This document shows, in pieces, positions 8,301-20,600 of a stretch of DNA of 28,402 bases (the first letter of the stretch is position 1; each line of letters begins with the position of its first letter). Source of the DNA: Macrostomum lignano. Its lineage: Eukaryota. The DNA is taken from assembly GCA_002269645.1 (NCBI GenBank), contig NIVC01003007.1, positions 1 through 28,402 of the forward strand, written 5' to 3'. The position numbers were made by a program, and so were the translations under genes. Under the pieces are notes generated by a model, which made no database searches, was not told the origin of the DNA, and was given only the letters and a program-made list of their open reading frames with translations.

Positions 8301-11300
8301 GGAAACCGACTACGACATGCGGCTTATCTCCTACGCTTGGCCGGATCTAAGTGGCGCCAAGTCGATGGAGATTCTAAAGAAGCTGGCGCACAATTTTGGC
8401 TTAGGAACAGAGTACAGTCGTCTTAGAGGAATAAGCAGCATCTACAGCACTTACTGGCGCTCTCTGGTCATGTTGGAAAGCAATCTGACCGAGAGCAACT
8501 TGCACGATAGAATTAATTTTGAAAACGAGCTAAAATTTCTTCGAGACCGACTGGCTCAACTGACGGTTAAAGGATTGACGTCGTATGGTCAGGAAATTTC
8601 GGAAGAGGAGGCCTACCCCGCGAAAAATCTTCTGGCCGATATAGGAGGTAACTGCGTTTTTTGACTGTATGTTTTTGAATTACTAAAGCCAATCAAGTCT
8701 AAAAACCTTACACACCGCAGCAACAGCCACTGCCACGAGAATTGCACCTAACCCACCCCATTCGCTCAGTCACTGGATGAGGAAGAACTTTTTTAATTTT
8801 TTTATTGCACACTAGTTCTCATCTTCTTCTCTCCTACTAATAGTAGGCTAGATTGTTAATTTAGGATTTTCTTTATTGATGATTGCTTTTCTGCGTTAAG
8901 ACTTCGTGTTGAGTCGAAGTGGCCTTTCTTTATTGAGAGGCAGGCCGGCGAAGCTGGAGGGATGAAAAGCAGCTCCTCTGCATGTAAAAAGTCTGTTGTC
9001 CAGCGCTAGCTTTTCGAAAATGGCTTTGAAACTTGACTCCGCTTGCGAGCAACCCTGACAGTCTCCATGGCGTATTCTCATGAGTATCTTCTGGGTGAAC
9101 GGGTCTCTGTGTCCATTTACATGTATGTCAAAATTCTTTCGGGCTCGATCACCAGTGATTCGAATGCCTCGGCGTTGATGGTATCAGACGTTTCCTTGTC
9201 GTCTGCGAAATAGTTGTCGAAGCGGAGCCGATGTGGAGCGTCAGCGTGTGGAATATCGCAGCTTCTTGCACATACTCGATGTTCAAGAGTCAAAGTGCAT
9301 GAGACGCATAGCCCAGCGCCCAATTCTCGACGATGTGTGCAAAGCTGTAGAGATGTCACAGCCAGAAGAGACGACTCAGTGGCTGAAAATCGTGCCTAAC
9401 GGCCATGAAGGAAGTTTGATTTTTGAGCAATTTGATTTGGCGGCTGACAGTGTCCTCGAAACAAATATTTCGGGATATCTCTCCTATGTCACTACGCGGC
9501 GATTGAGCTCTTTGAGGCATCCTTTCTTAGAGTTAACTCTTTTGATAGGCTATAGGGCTTGCACTATATATTGCACTATTGGGACTTCAGCTTTGAGATT
9601 ATCGAAAGCTCGAGAGCACTCATCGGTCCAGTCAAAGTTGATGTTAGATTTTTGCAGTTAATTAAGAGGAACAGTATTTTGAGCGAAGTTCGGAATCAGT
9701 CTCCTAAAGCAGTTGACCAGTCCCAAAAGCTGGCGAGCTCAGATTTGTTTGTCGGGGCAGAAACGTGTCTGACTTTTTTATACCAGCCGTTCATCTTGGC
9801 TGGATTCCGAATTTGAGATCGATCGGGCTTCACCAAGTGACTGCGACGCCATTTTAGTGTTTCTTTCTGTTTTACATTTGCGTTGAGTCGAAGGCCTTTC
9901 TGAATTGAGCATACCCTCTTAGGAAATTCAAAGCTTATTCCTAGTTAAATTCCTAGTCTAAATGTGAATATTAAAAGTTAATTAAACTACGAATGAGAGA
10001 ACGATTGTGTCCTAGTAAAGGTGACTGTTTGAATTAATAGCAATTTATCAAAGCTATACTTCTATTGTTTATTCTTACTATTTTTATGGCAATTTATAAG
10101 AAAAATAATTCATTATCTTACTTAAATCTTACTCAATTGCTAAATTTATAATTGCCTATTTCGATCAATACTACTGAAAAAAAATTGTGTGCTACTAAAC
10201 GTAGTAAATAAACACGAGTATGACTCCTAAATGTTGAACTTTGATTCATGCTCACCTGTTTTAGGGCGTCACAATTTTTCACATTTTTCGATTTATTATC
10301 GTATATAGCTATCATTTCTCGCTCCAGAAAGTATAGATAGTTTGTCTTCTGTTTGTCTTCAACTACAACCTGAAATATAATAAACCCGAATTATCATAAA
10401 CCCGAAATATCACAACTTCGAAAGTTCTAGCAACGCCCAACACTATTTTGGTTTTCGAAGTGATGCTGTTTCGGGTTTATGATAGAAAGCGCTTTTCGAA
10501 ATTGTGATTTTTCGTGTTAATGATGGCGACCCCCCTCCCTGGGGCACATGTATGAGAGGTCGCCATGCAGGCGCAAAGGATTTTGCGAGGTCTTGAAAGT
10601 CGAGCTAGTCATCCTGAGCTCGTCCAATAAGAAAATTCCACACTGAGTATAACAAATCGGCCCTTCTCACCTCTCGTTTAAATGTGCTATTTTTGTGGAA
10701 GAACTTCAATTCCTATTGCTCCGATTCAGTTCCAAGCAAATAACTTTAAATTAAAGAGAAAGTCAAATTTCGATCATTTAAGTTTTCAAGTGCAACTCTT
10801 ATCGCAATGCTAGACAAGATGAGTGGCCACTTTGCTGATCGAGGTTTTTCCAGTCCATTAGTCTATCGATCAAACAGGTATTGGAAATCCCGAATACTTT
10901 CTGAGAATTTAGTTTTTTGATCATGTATTCAGACGACAGCGCAAGAACCCCCACAAAAAGTCCCATCAGTCCGTGCTGCATGATCAATACGATCTAATCC
11001 TAGCAGCGTCCGGCTTTATACATATCGGAGATGAACAGTTATAGCTATAAAAGACACTAGTTGGCAGGTACGTGTGCAGAAGCCGCAATTCTAGTCAAAA
11101 AACTGATTTAGAAAGTGCTGCTTCGTTAAGCCTGTTCAGCTTGTGATGGCGGATTAGCATAAATCCTGGGATTTGTTGTTTTCTACCCTACAAATTCCCC
11201 TACTAGTCTCTCGCTCTCCTCTCTTTTAGCCATATTGACCTATCATCTGACAGGAATGCAAGGCTAGCTAGAGTGCTCAGTGATTCATTTCTGGACTCTG

Positions 11301-11780
11301 AGGACAGAAAAGTTTCCGATCAAAAAAGCTTAAGAAGCCCGAACCCATCAACTCTGGCTATGAAAAATCCCTTTTATTAATATTGATTGGCTTGCTTTAT
11401 TTTCTATGGCCCAGTAGAGTTTATGGCTGTCGCTGCCACTGCAGTGAATGGGGATCCTCGACCAGAGACTTTCATTCTTTCCTGGGGGTCTTTGACAACC
11501 TCAACTTCCACTAGATATGGGTCCCTCATTGGATTTGTGAAGGGCAGTGCCCCCCATTTTATGAAGGTTTGCACAGTTTAATAAATGCATGTACACCTAT
11601 TATATAAACTTTCTTTTTTCAGGAGCTCTAGGCCTATGGAGCGGAATATTTGTTCTGACAATCTGCGAGCTGCTTGAGTTCTTTTACTACATCAGCATCG
11701 GCTTGGCGCTGAGTCTGCGACATCGACGCGATTCACTCCGAAGGGACAGTGTGGCCAGGGAAATTGAGACCCATGCTTAA
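5383..11780 (+). CDS. DEG/ENaC (amiloride-sensitive channel superfamily) subunit with an inserted kringle domain; 5' exons (N-terminus, TM1) not in window
   Basis: Exons 5383-5556, 6151-6277, 6381-6493, 7018-7376, 7582-7781, 7851-7946, 8031-8647 and 11623-11780 all have GT-AG boundaries and matching phases, giving ~613 aa. Motifs: ECSFGGQSC..DF...HPQLGMCHHF, AVIVPEGSYP..GVDV, KACNCLP, SPCEETDY and TM2 NLLADIGG|ALGLWSGIFVLTICELLEF. Confidence 0.9.
5403..6492 (+). other. Kringle domain encoded across three exons of the DEG/ENaC gene
   Basis: The spliced sequence DC..YTGYRNVAASGEPCLAW..GADNFCR..RNPD..APSC..KCDIPAC has all six kringle cysteines plus the Y.G...SG..C..W and RNPD motifs. Confidence 0.8.
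6640..6826. mobile_element. MITE-like inverted-repeat element in an intron
   Basis: atttcacaacgccgaaaactc (6640-6660) is the reverse complement of 6806-6826 with one mismatch; short related motifs recur internally. True ends not defined. Confidence 0.55.
8950..9835 (-). mobile_element. Decayed Ty3/gypsy pol fragment (end of RT, RNase H, pre-integrase linker), antisense within the last DEG/ENaC intron
   Basis: Read by hand across frameshifts and stops: PTNKSELASF/GLVNCFRRLIPNFAQNTVPLN*LQKSNINFDWTDECSRAFDNLK, KELTLRKDASKSSIAA, IFVSRTLSAAKSNCS, SRIGRWAMRLMHFD, DIPHADAPHRL and DPFTQKILMRIRHG. Confidence 0.85.
10380..10525. mobile_element. Small inverted-repeat (MITE-like) element, possibly related to that at 6640-6826
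   Basis: atcataaacccgaaa...acttcgaaa (~10393-10423) is inverted at ~10454-10484, with extra partial copies on both sides. Confidence 0.5.
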
Positions 11781-11952
11781 GGACTTCATGTGAAAGCGCA
11801 AGACATGGTAAAAATTTTGCTTTAGCTAAGTCGGTTTTTTGCTTAAAATGCATTAGTGAATTCGTATTTTTCTGCTTCTTTGGACCAACTGGACAGTATA
11901 TCTCACCTTCAAGACTTCTTACAGTACTATTATTTTTATTGTTATTATAGCT

Positions 11953-12360
11953 TTTGTCATGCTGTCTCGGCCTGGGGACATCCAAACTCAGCCAGCCCCA
12001 TTCCGCAATGCGTTTTTTGGCTCGAGCTAGTCGAGTTTTGCCATAGACGTGCTTCTTGGGGCCATGCTATCTCAGCCTGGGACATGCAATCTCAGCCAAT
12101 ATAGATTTCAATTGCAAACAGATCTCAATGCTATCATTTCTGTAACGTGACATGAAATGGCAACAAACAGCAATGAATGAACGCAGCAAGAAAAGTCAGT
12201 AAGAATCTGAAAAGTGGCTGAGATTGCATGTCCCAGGCTGAGATAGCATGGCCTTAAGAAGCATGTCTATGGTAAAACTTGACTGGCTTACGTAAAAAAT
12301 CGCACTGTTGAGATGGGCTGGCTGAGTTTGGATGTCTCTGGGCTGGGATGGCATGACAAA
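11953..12360. mobile_element. Foldback/MITE with 146-bp terminal inverted repeats
   Basis: Arms 11953-12098 and 12215-12360 are reverse complements (roughly 80% by eye, inner ~40 bp perfect) around a 116-bp spacer, in AT-rich flanks. Confidence 0.8.
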
Positions 12361-14660
12361 TACTATATTATTATTATTATTATTATTACTAGTATTATTA
12401 TCAGTATTATTATTAGGTAAAACGCGCACACTATTCAACGTTAAGCAAAACGTTTTTCTTGGTGAGATTTTTTAGAAAACAATTACTGTATATTTCCGTT
12501 TTCTGGTTCTCAATAGCAATAACATTATTTTTTTTTAAATTCATCTGCGTTAAGTTTTAATATAATACATTTTAGACTGCTTGGCCCGCTACATATATTC
12601 AAATCAAATGTTCAGAACGTACATGTAAGTTACTCTCTGTGCTAAGAGTAACATTTTCTATCGAGTTAACTCATTTAAGGATTGGCGATTTTAGCGTAAC
12701 AGCACACATAAAACATCCAAAAAAGTTAACTAACTACAAGTAGCTACGGGCGCTCGTAATATAAGTGATTTATGTACCTAGCTTACGTAGATATAGTAGG
12801 AATACTTGATTTAAAATTAAACGAAAAATTTAAGTAAGTTGTATAGTTCCATTGTACGTGTTATTTTGTAAAAGTAGAACATTCAGTTGAAATTTCAGTG
12901 ATGCCAAATATATGCCATAATTATATATACTAATAGCTATACAAATATTTGTATGCTTTTTATCGCTAATATCTATTTTTTAGCTTTTCTAAACACGAAG
13001 ATAAGAAATGACAAGAATATCTAAATCAAAACGATTATACACGTACAACACAAAAAAATTAATGATTCTTGATTCCGAACAACATAGTGCTCTTCTACAG
13101 AAACGACTACATCGTTTGTTTAAGATTGATTAATTGTCTTTTCTGTTTTTCGGAAATAATTTCGACTTTTTTGTCGCAATTTATGAAAAATTAGCGTTTG
13201 TATGGTAATTAGCAATTTTCTTTTATATAGAAGTTTGGGATTACGAGTCACGGCTTAAAAGGTAATATACATGTACGTCGTGTAACGATGGCAACAATGC
13301 TGCACGAAAACTAAAAAGAATCTGCGCTAATGTAGGTCACATTGAAGTCAATCTTGAACAAAAACATAATACACAAACTTTCTTTGTTGAGGACAAGATG
13401 CAATATACTCGTAGATCGATTCGGACGAAAAAATATACATGCATTACAACGCAAAAGTATAACGAAACTTGTCCTTACTTGAATATGCAAGGGATTTTTT
13501 GTGGGGTTTTCTAGCTTATTGTCAAAGCCAATAGAGAGGAGGCGCAACCTCCCAACCTTGGTCGTGGCTGCGCCACGTGACTGAATTAAAACACTGCGCT
13601 ACTGAACGGAACATTAAATTAAATTATTATCAAGAGTTAACACTAATATAATTTTAGCAGAACAGGACTTGGAACGAAAAATACATGATAAATTGTCACC
13701 GAAGATATATATTTACTACTACGAGTAATTTGGTCAGATCGACAAAAAAACGAAATATTAGCATACATGTACATGTACTCGTATATATAAGAAAAAGTAT
13801 TTTTGTTTACTGATTATATCATCTTAAAAAAATTGTAGCACAATTCAAAAAGGAAAACAACGCGAATTTTTGATTCAATGGTGCATTTCGATGAAAAAAA
13901 CAAGATTACAGAACCAAGACTATTCAACGGTGACTATTCTTTTTGCTTTTCGGCTTGAGTGATAAATAGCAAGTAACTTCAACGGGAGTGAAAAGAAACT
14001 TTACAGGAATTTCAAGGTTTAGATAATTTTTTTTTGTATTTTTTTGAACTGCTAACTGATAAATTGCAGATTTTTCGCCCGTTGGATTCTAATAGCTTTA
14101 CGACCCTCTATATTAAAACCATGTAATTTCATTTAAACAAATAATTTTACTAGAAAAGCATCGTAAAAATATCGAATATTCAGTTTTCATTGCACAAAAT
14201 TGTAAATACTACAATACGTTAGCATCGAAAATATAAAATTCATGCTGATTTCAACTTTTAAAAAACAGAACTTGGAGATCGAGAATCTGATTGTTTTTAG
14301 TGCACGAAGAGTGGTTTTATCATAAAGAAACTTTTTTTGGAAAATATTCTTTGAAAAAATATCGATTTTGAAATTTATATATACAGTCCCAGGAACTATA
14401 GAAACTGGCAAAAATTTTGCTTGAAATTTCATTGTTTGTTATACATTGTATAGTAAGCCTTTACCAAAAATTCAAATTCAATAAACGTGACATTTTCTAT
14501 GATCATTGAATGTCAAAAGATAAGCTGAGAACACTAAATTGCCGAGTTTAGAGCGGAAATGGAGAGAAATGTATCTCGTCAGTTTCAAAGTAAAATGAAT
14601 TATTGCAAATTTGAAGTGCTACATGCATGTAGAAACATGCGGTCCTTGTTCCTGCACACC

Positions 14661-17600
14661 TCAGTCTGGTCCGCTAGTAGCTCTCTCATTCCTCAGCTTC
14701 ATCACCAAATTAACCGGCTGCTGGCGATAACCAACTGCTACCAGATCGTTGATCTCTTCGTGCTGCCCAAGACTCTTGCAGCAGCAGCAGCAGCAGCGGT
14801 CAAAACAGCGTGACAAAGGTGTCGGCCAGCGGCTCTGATAAGCCCCGTAGATTACCGGATTCACAGCGCTGGTAGACATGCCGAAAAAGAACACTCCGTT
14901 TGAAATCAGTTCCACCGCGTCGTTGTACCGACCTCCGCTAAGCCGGTTAGCGCACGCAAATATGTACAGGCCCCAGTAGGGCAGCCAGAGCAGTAGGAAT
15001 GTCAAAATGATGACGGAGAACATTCGAAAGCTGCGCAGTTTTGCGCGAAGTAAAAATGCCTGACGATAGCTGGCGATGAAGTTGCCGGCTTGGTTTAATT
15101 GCATCTCGTAGCTCGGCGGCGACTGGGTCTGAAGTTGAGACCGCTGCTGCTGCTGCTGCCGCTGTTTTGGATGATGATGATTATTTAAGAAGTCGGTGCC
15201 GAGTGTCGGCGAGCTGGGTTCGGGCTGCAGCGGCTGCTGCTGCTGTTGCTGTTGGTAACCGTTCAGACTTTCAGCATCCGTGGCTGAAGTGACGCAGAAG
15301 AAAATTAGACTCTCAAGGTGAGATTCTTGGGTTTGACCCGTTTGAGATAGCAATTAGAGTCGGTCTCACAAAGACTCTCAGGGTGAGATTCTATGGTATG
15401 CGATAGCAACTAGAGTCGGTCTCACAAAGAGTCTCAGGGTGAGATTCTAGGGTCTGAGATAGCAATTAGAGTGTTATTAAACTCTCAGGGTGAGATTCTA
15501 GGGTTGGAGATCGGTCAGTCTATAGGGACTGGCTAAATTCTTCCTAATGCTGGCTAGTTGCAGTCGGAAGATTAAATTTAAAATTTGGAGAAAAATTGCT
15601 TTGATAATCAACCTCAGAAAAAATCTCTCATTTGAGGGCTTGATTTATCAAAAATATGAAAAAACGGCTTGGAAATGAATTCGATGGTGCTATAGCTGCA
15701 CAATGAGATTTGACTCATTGAAATTTACATACTCCATTGTTTCCGAGAGTAGATTTTATCACGAATTTGCTGAAGGCAGCATGCGAGCGTACAAAATGGA
15801 CATTTGCATTTGCAAACTGGACTGCTTGTTGTAATATTGGAATAAAACACTCTCCTGTCAGGCACAGGAGGGTGTTCTACAGGAGGGTGTTACACAGGAG
15901 GGTGTTACACAGGAGGGTGTTACACAAAAGGGTGTTGTTACACAGCGATAGGCTATAGTGATTATAGTTAAAGAGTCAATGTAAACTAGCTTTCACTAAA
16001 AGTGCAAAGAAAGCTTTGAAGTTGTACAATCTATTCAAAAAGTCGTATAGAGGTTATAACCTACATTGCAGAGTCAAAATACATGTAATTCGATCCCCAT
16101 AGCAGAATCCATCCACTTAATGAAAGGATTAGCTAGACTCGAATTACACATAGGCAACAAGTCCATAGTTTCAATGCGAACGGAAGTGAGCTTATAAGAT
16201 AAAGCTTATAATTATTATATTATTATTATTTTGGTGAAGAGCGGTTGAAACTGCATATTTAAAGATTACAAGTTCCTCTCTGGTTAAGTTCATTATATAT
16301 ACGCGCTCGTAGGTATATTTCCACCATTCCGCTATCTCTCATCTCTGCCTCTCTCATCTCTGCCTCTCTCATCCATCCTCTCTCATCTCTGCCTCTCTCA
16401 TCTCTGCCTCTCTCATCCATCCTCTCTCATCTCTGCCTCTCTCATCTCTGCCTCTCTCATCCATCCTCTCTCATCTCTGCCTCTCTCATCTCTGCCTCTC
16501 TCATCCATCCTCTCTCATCTCTGCCTCTCTCATCTCTGCCTCTCTCATCCATCCTCTCTCATCTCTGCCTCTCTCATCTCTGCCTCTCTCATCCATCCTC
16601 TCTCATCTCTGCCTCTCTCATCTCTCCCTCTCTCATCCATCCTCTCTCATCTCTGCCTCTCTCATCTCTGCCTCTCTCATCTCTGCCTCTCTCATCCATC
16701 CTCTCTCATCTCTGCCTCTCTCATCTCTGCCTCTCTCATCCATCCTCTCTCATCTCTGCCTCTCTCATCTCTGCCTCTCTCATCCATCCTCTCTCATCTC
16801 TGCCTCTCTCATCTCTCCCTCTCTCATCCATCCTCTCTCATCTCTGCCTCTCTCATCTCTGCCTCTCTCATCCATCCTCTCTCATCTCTGCCTCTCTCAT
16901 CTCTGCCTCTCTCATCCATCCTCTCTCATCTCTGCCTCTCTCATCTCTCCCTCTCTCATCCATCCTCTCTCATCTCTGCCTCTCTCATCTCTGCCTCTCT
17001 CATCTCCGCCTCTCTCATCTCTGCCTCTCTCATCCAATCCTCTCTCATCTCTGCCTTTCATCTCTGCCTCTCTCATCCATCCTCTCTCATCTCTGCCTCT
17101 CTCATCTCTGCCTCTCCCATCTCTGCCTCTCTCATCCATCCTCTCTCATCTCTGCCTCTCTCATCTCTGCCTCTCTCATCCATCCTCTCTCATCTCTGCC
17201 TCTCTCATCTCTCCCTCTCTCATCCATCCTCTCTCATCTCTGCCTCTCTCATCTCTGCCTCTCTCATCCATCCTCTCTCATCTCTGCCTCTCTCATCTCT
17301 GCCTCTCTCATCCATCCTCTCTCATCTCTGCCTCTCTCATCTCTCCCTCTCTCATCCATCCTCTCTCATCTCTGCCTCTCTCATCTCTGCCTCTCTCATC
17401 TCCGCCTCTCTCATCTCTGCCTCTCTCATCCAATCCTCTCTCATCTCTGCCTTTCATCTCTGCCTCTCTCATCCATCCTCTCTCATCTCTGCCTCTCTCA
17501 TCTCTGCCTCTCTCATCTCTGCCTCTCTCATCCATCCTCTCTCATCTCTGCCTCTCTCATCTCTGCCTCTCTCATCTCCGCCTCTCTCATCTCTGCCTCT

Positions 17601-20600
17601 CTCATCCAATCCTCTCTCATCTCTGCCTTTCATCTCTGCCTCTCTCATCCATCCTCTCTCATCTCTGCCTCTCTCATCTCTGCCTCTCTCATCTCTGCCT
17701 CTCTCATCTCTGCCTCTCTCATCTCTGCCTCTCTCATCTCTGCCTCTCTCATCCATCCTCTCTCATCTCTGCCTCTCTCATCCATCCTCTCTCATCTCTG
17801 CCTCTCTCATCTCTGCCTCTCTCATCTCTGCCTCTCTCATATCTGCCCCTCTCATCTCTGCCTCTCTCATATCTGCCCCTCTCATATCTGCTCCTCTGCC
17901 TTATATTCTAACTCGTTCTCAGTCTCTGTATCTCTGATTGAGTCAGGAGTATAAGTACAAATGCCATTAATTAATGCTATTAACAATCGATCAATATTTC
18001 CATAGCTGTTTACTCACCGCCCAGTTCGCGAGATTTCCCCGAGATCCTGCTAATAATGAGTCCGTAAGCTGTGCTCAAGCAGCACAGTGGGCCAAGAAAC
18101 AGACTGGCAATGTTAAACAGCATGTAGGCCAGCACCAGCTTGTCCATGTGAGCTGTCAGGTGGTCTGTGCTAGTGGGCTGCATATCCAGCGAGACGCATT
18201 GGTAGAAATCTTCTCTCCATGGGCCTCGGGCCAGTCCAAAGAAGAATAGCTGAAAAGTTAGACATGAGACACTTGTGTTAGACATGAGGCATTTATGTTA
18301 GACATGAGGCCACTTGTGTTAGACATGAGACACTCTGTTAGACATGAGGCCACTTGTGTTAGACATGAGGCACTCTGTTAGACATGACGCCACTTGTGTT
18401 AGACATGAAGCATTCTGTTAGACATGAGGCCACTTGTGTTAGAAATGAGGCACTCTGTTAGACATAAGGCACTCTTTTAGGCATGAGGCACTCTGTTAGA
18501 CATGAGGAACTCTGTTAGACATGAGGCCACTTATGTTAGACATGAAGCATTCTGTTAGACATGAAGCATTCTGTTAGACATGAGGCACTTATGTTAGACA
18601 TGAGACACTCTGTTAGACATGAGACACTTGTGTTAGACATGAGACACTTGTGTTAGACATGAGACACTTGTGTTAGACATGAGGCACTTGTGTTAGACAT
18701 GAAGCCACTTATGTTAGACATGAAGCATTCTGTTAGACATGAAGCATTCTGTTAGACATGAAGCATTCTGTTAGACATGAAGCATTCTGTTAGACATGAG
18801 GCACTTATGTTAGACATGAGACACTCTGTTAGACATGAGACACTCTGTTAGACATGAGACACTCTGTTAGACATGAGACACTTGTGTTAGACATGAGACA
18901 CTTGTGTTAGACATGAGACACTTGTGTTAGACATGAGGCACTTGTGTTAGACATGAAGCCACTTGTGTTAGACATGAGGCACTTGTGTTAGACATGAAGC
19001 CACTTGTGTTAGACATGAGGCACTTATGTTAGACATGAAGCCACTTGTGTTAGACATGAGGCACTTATGTTAGACATGAAGCCACTTGTGTTAGACATGA
19101 GGCACTTGTGTTAGACATGAGGCACTCTGTTAGACATGAGGCACTCTGTTAGACATGAGGCCACTTATGTTAGACATGAAGCCACTTGTGTTAGACATGA
19201 GGCCACTTATGTTAGACATGAAGCCACTTGTGTTAGACATGAGCCCACTTGTGTTGGACATGAGGCACTCTGTTAGACATGAGGCACTCTGTTAGACATG
19301 AGGCACTCTGTTAGACATCGAGGTGAACGCAGAGCCGTGTCAGGATGAACACAGACTTATGAAATGTACACAGTCCCGATGGGTAGTACGCAGCTGTGAA
19401 AAACGTCCTCAGCTTTAACACGCCAAGCCCATTCTCACCTGCGGCGCGGCCATCAAGCAGCTCAGCAGCCAGGCCGCAGTCAGCAGTCGCACCCGAACAG
19501 TCGGGCTGCTCCAGTTCCACGGCTTGACCACGGCCACCGCTCGGTCAATGCCGATGGCAACCGTCACGTAGGCGCTGGCGGTCAGCGATAGGCCTTGAAG
19601 GAATTTGAACAGCCGGCAAAGCAAGTCGCCGCCGTAAAACTGCACCGTCATCATCCAAGCCACGTTGCCTAGGAAACAGAAGAACACAACTAGCAGGTCG
19701 GCCACAATCAGGTGCAGCATCAGCTGACTGCAGTGGGCATTTCGACGCTTGTCGGTGACGCGTCGGAGAGCGCGCAAGTTTGTCAGCAGGGCGAAGGTGA
19801 AAATGCAGAGCAGAATGCTGCTCTTGGCGATGCTCGTGCGGCCCAGTCCCGGGTACGGTGGCAGCGAAGCGTTGGCTGGTGGCTGCGGGTTGGGAGAGTG
19901 TACATGAGATGTACATCTGGCTGTGTTCTCATGAGGTGTACATCTGACTGTGTTCTCATGAGGTGTACATCTGGCTGTGTTCTCATGAGGTGTACATATG
20001 GCTGTGTTCTCATGAGATGTACATCTGGCTGTGTTCTCATGAGATGTACATCTGGCTGTGTTCTCATGAGATGTACATCTGGCTGTGTTCACCTGGGTTG
20101 TACATCTGGCTGTGTTCTCATGAGATGTACATCTGGCTGTGTTCACCTGGGTTGTACATCTGGCTGTGTTCTCATGAGATGTACATCTGGCTGTGTTCCC
20201 ATGAGATGTACATCTGGCTGTGTTCACATGGGGTGTACATCTGGCTGTACTCTAGAGAAGGATGTACCTATATATCCTTTACAGATACATCACGTAGGAG
20301 TTTGAAAACAAATGTGACAATGAAATACAGTGAATTCAACAAGGGGAGAGTGAGAAGAGGTGTGACAGAAAGATTTGGCGGGGAAAGTTGACAGGGGGAT
20401 GCGATGAGGGAATGTGATAGAGGAATGGGACAGGGATGTGACAGGAAGATGTGCCAGGAAGATGTGACAGGAAGATGTGACAGGGGGTGTGACAAGGGAA
20501 TGCGACTGGTCAAGCATGCTGGACAGAGGAGTAAAAATGCAAACAGATGAAGGGCCTCAGTCAGCATTGTTATCCATGCACATCTGAGGCGCTCTTCCCC

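Noticed and set aside
9233-9661. 142-aa plus-strand ORF as a nested gene
   Set aside because: It is antisense to the decayed gypsy pol fragment, which explains the sequence.
11430-11575. ~49-codon minus-strand open stretch (GALPFTNPMRDPYLVEVEVV...)
   Set aside because: It is short, has no recognisable family and no clear splice or start context.
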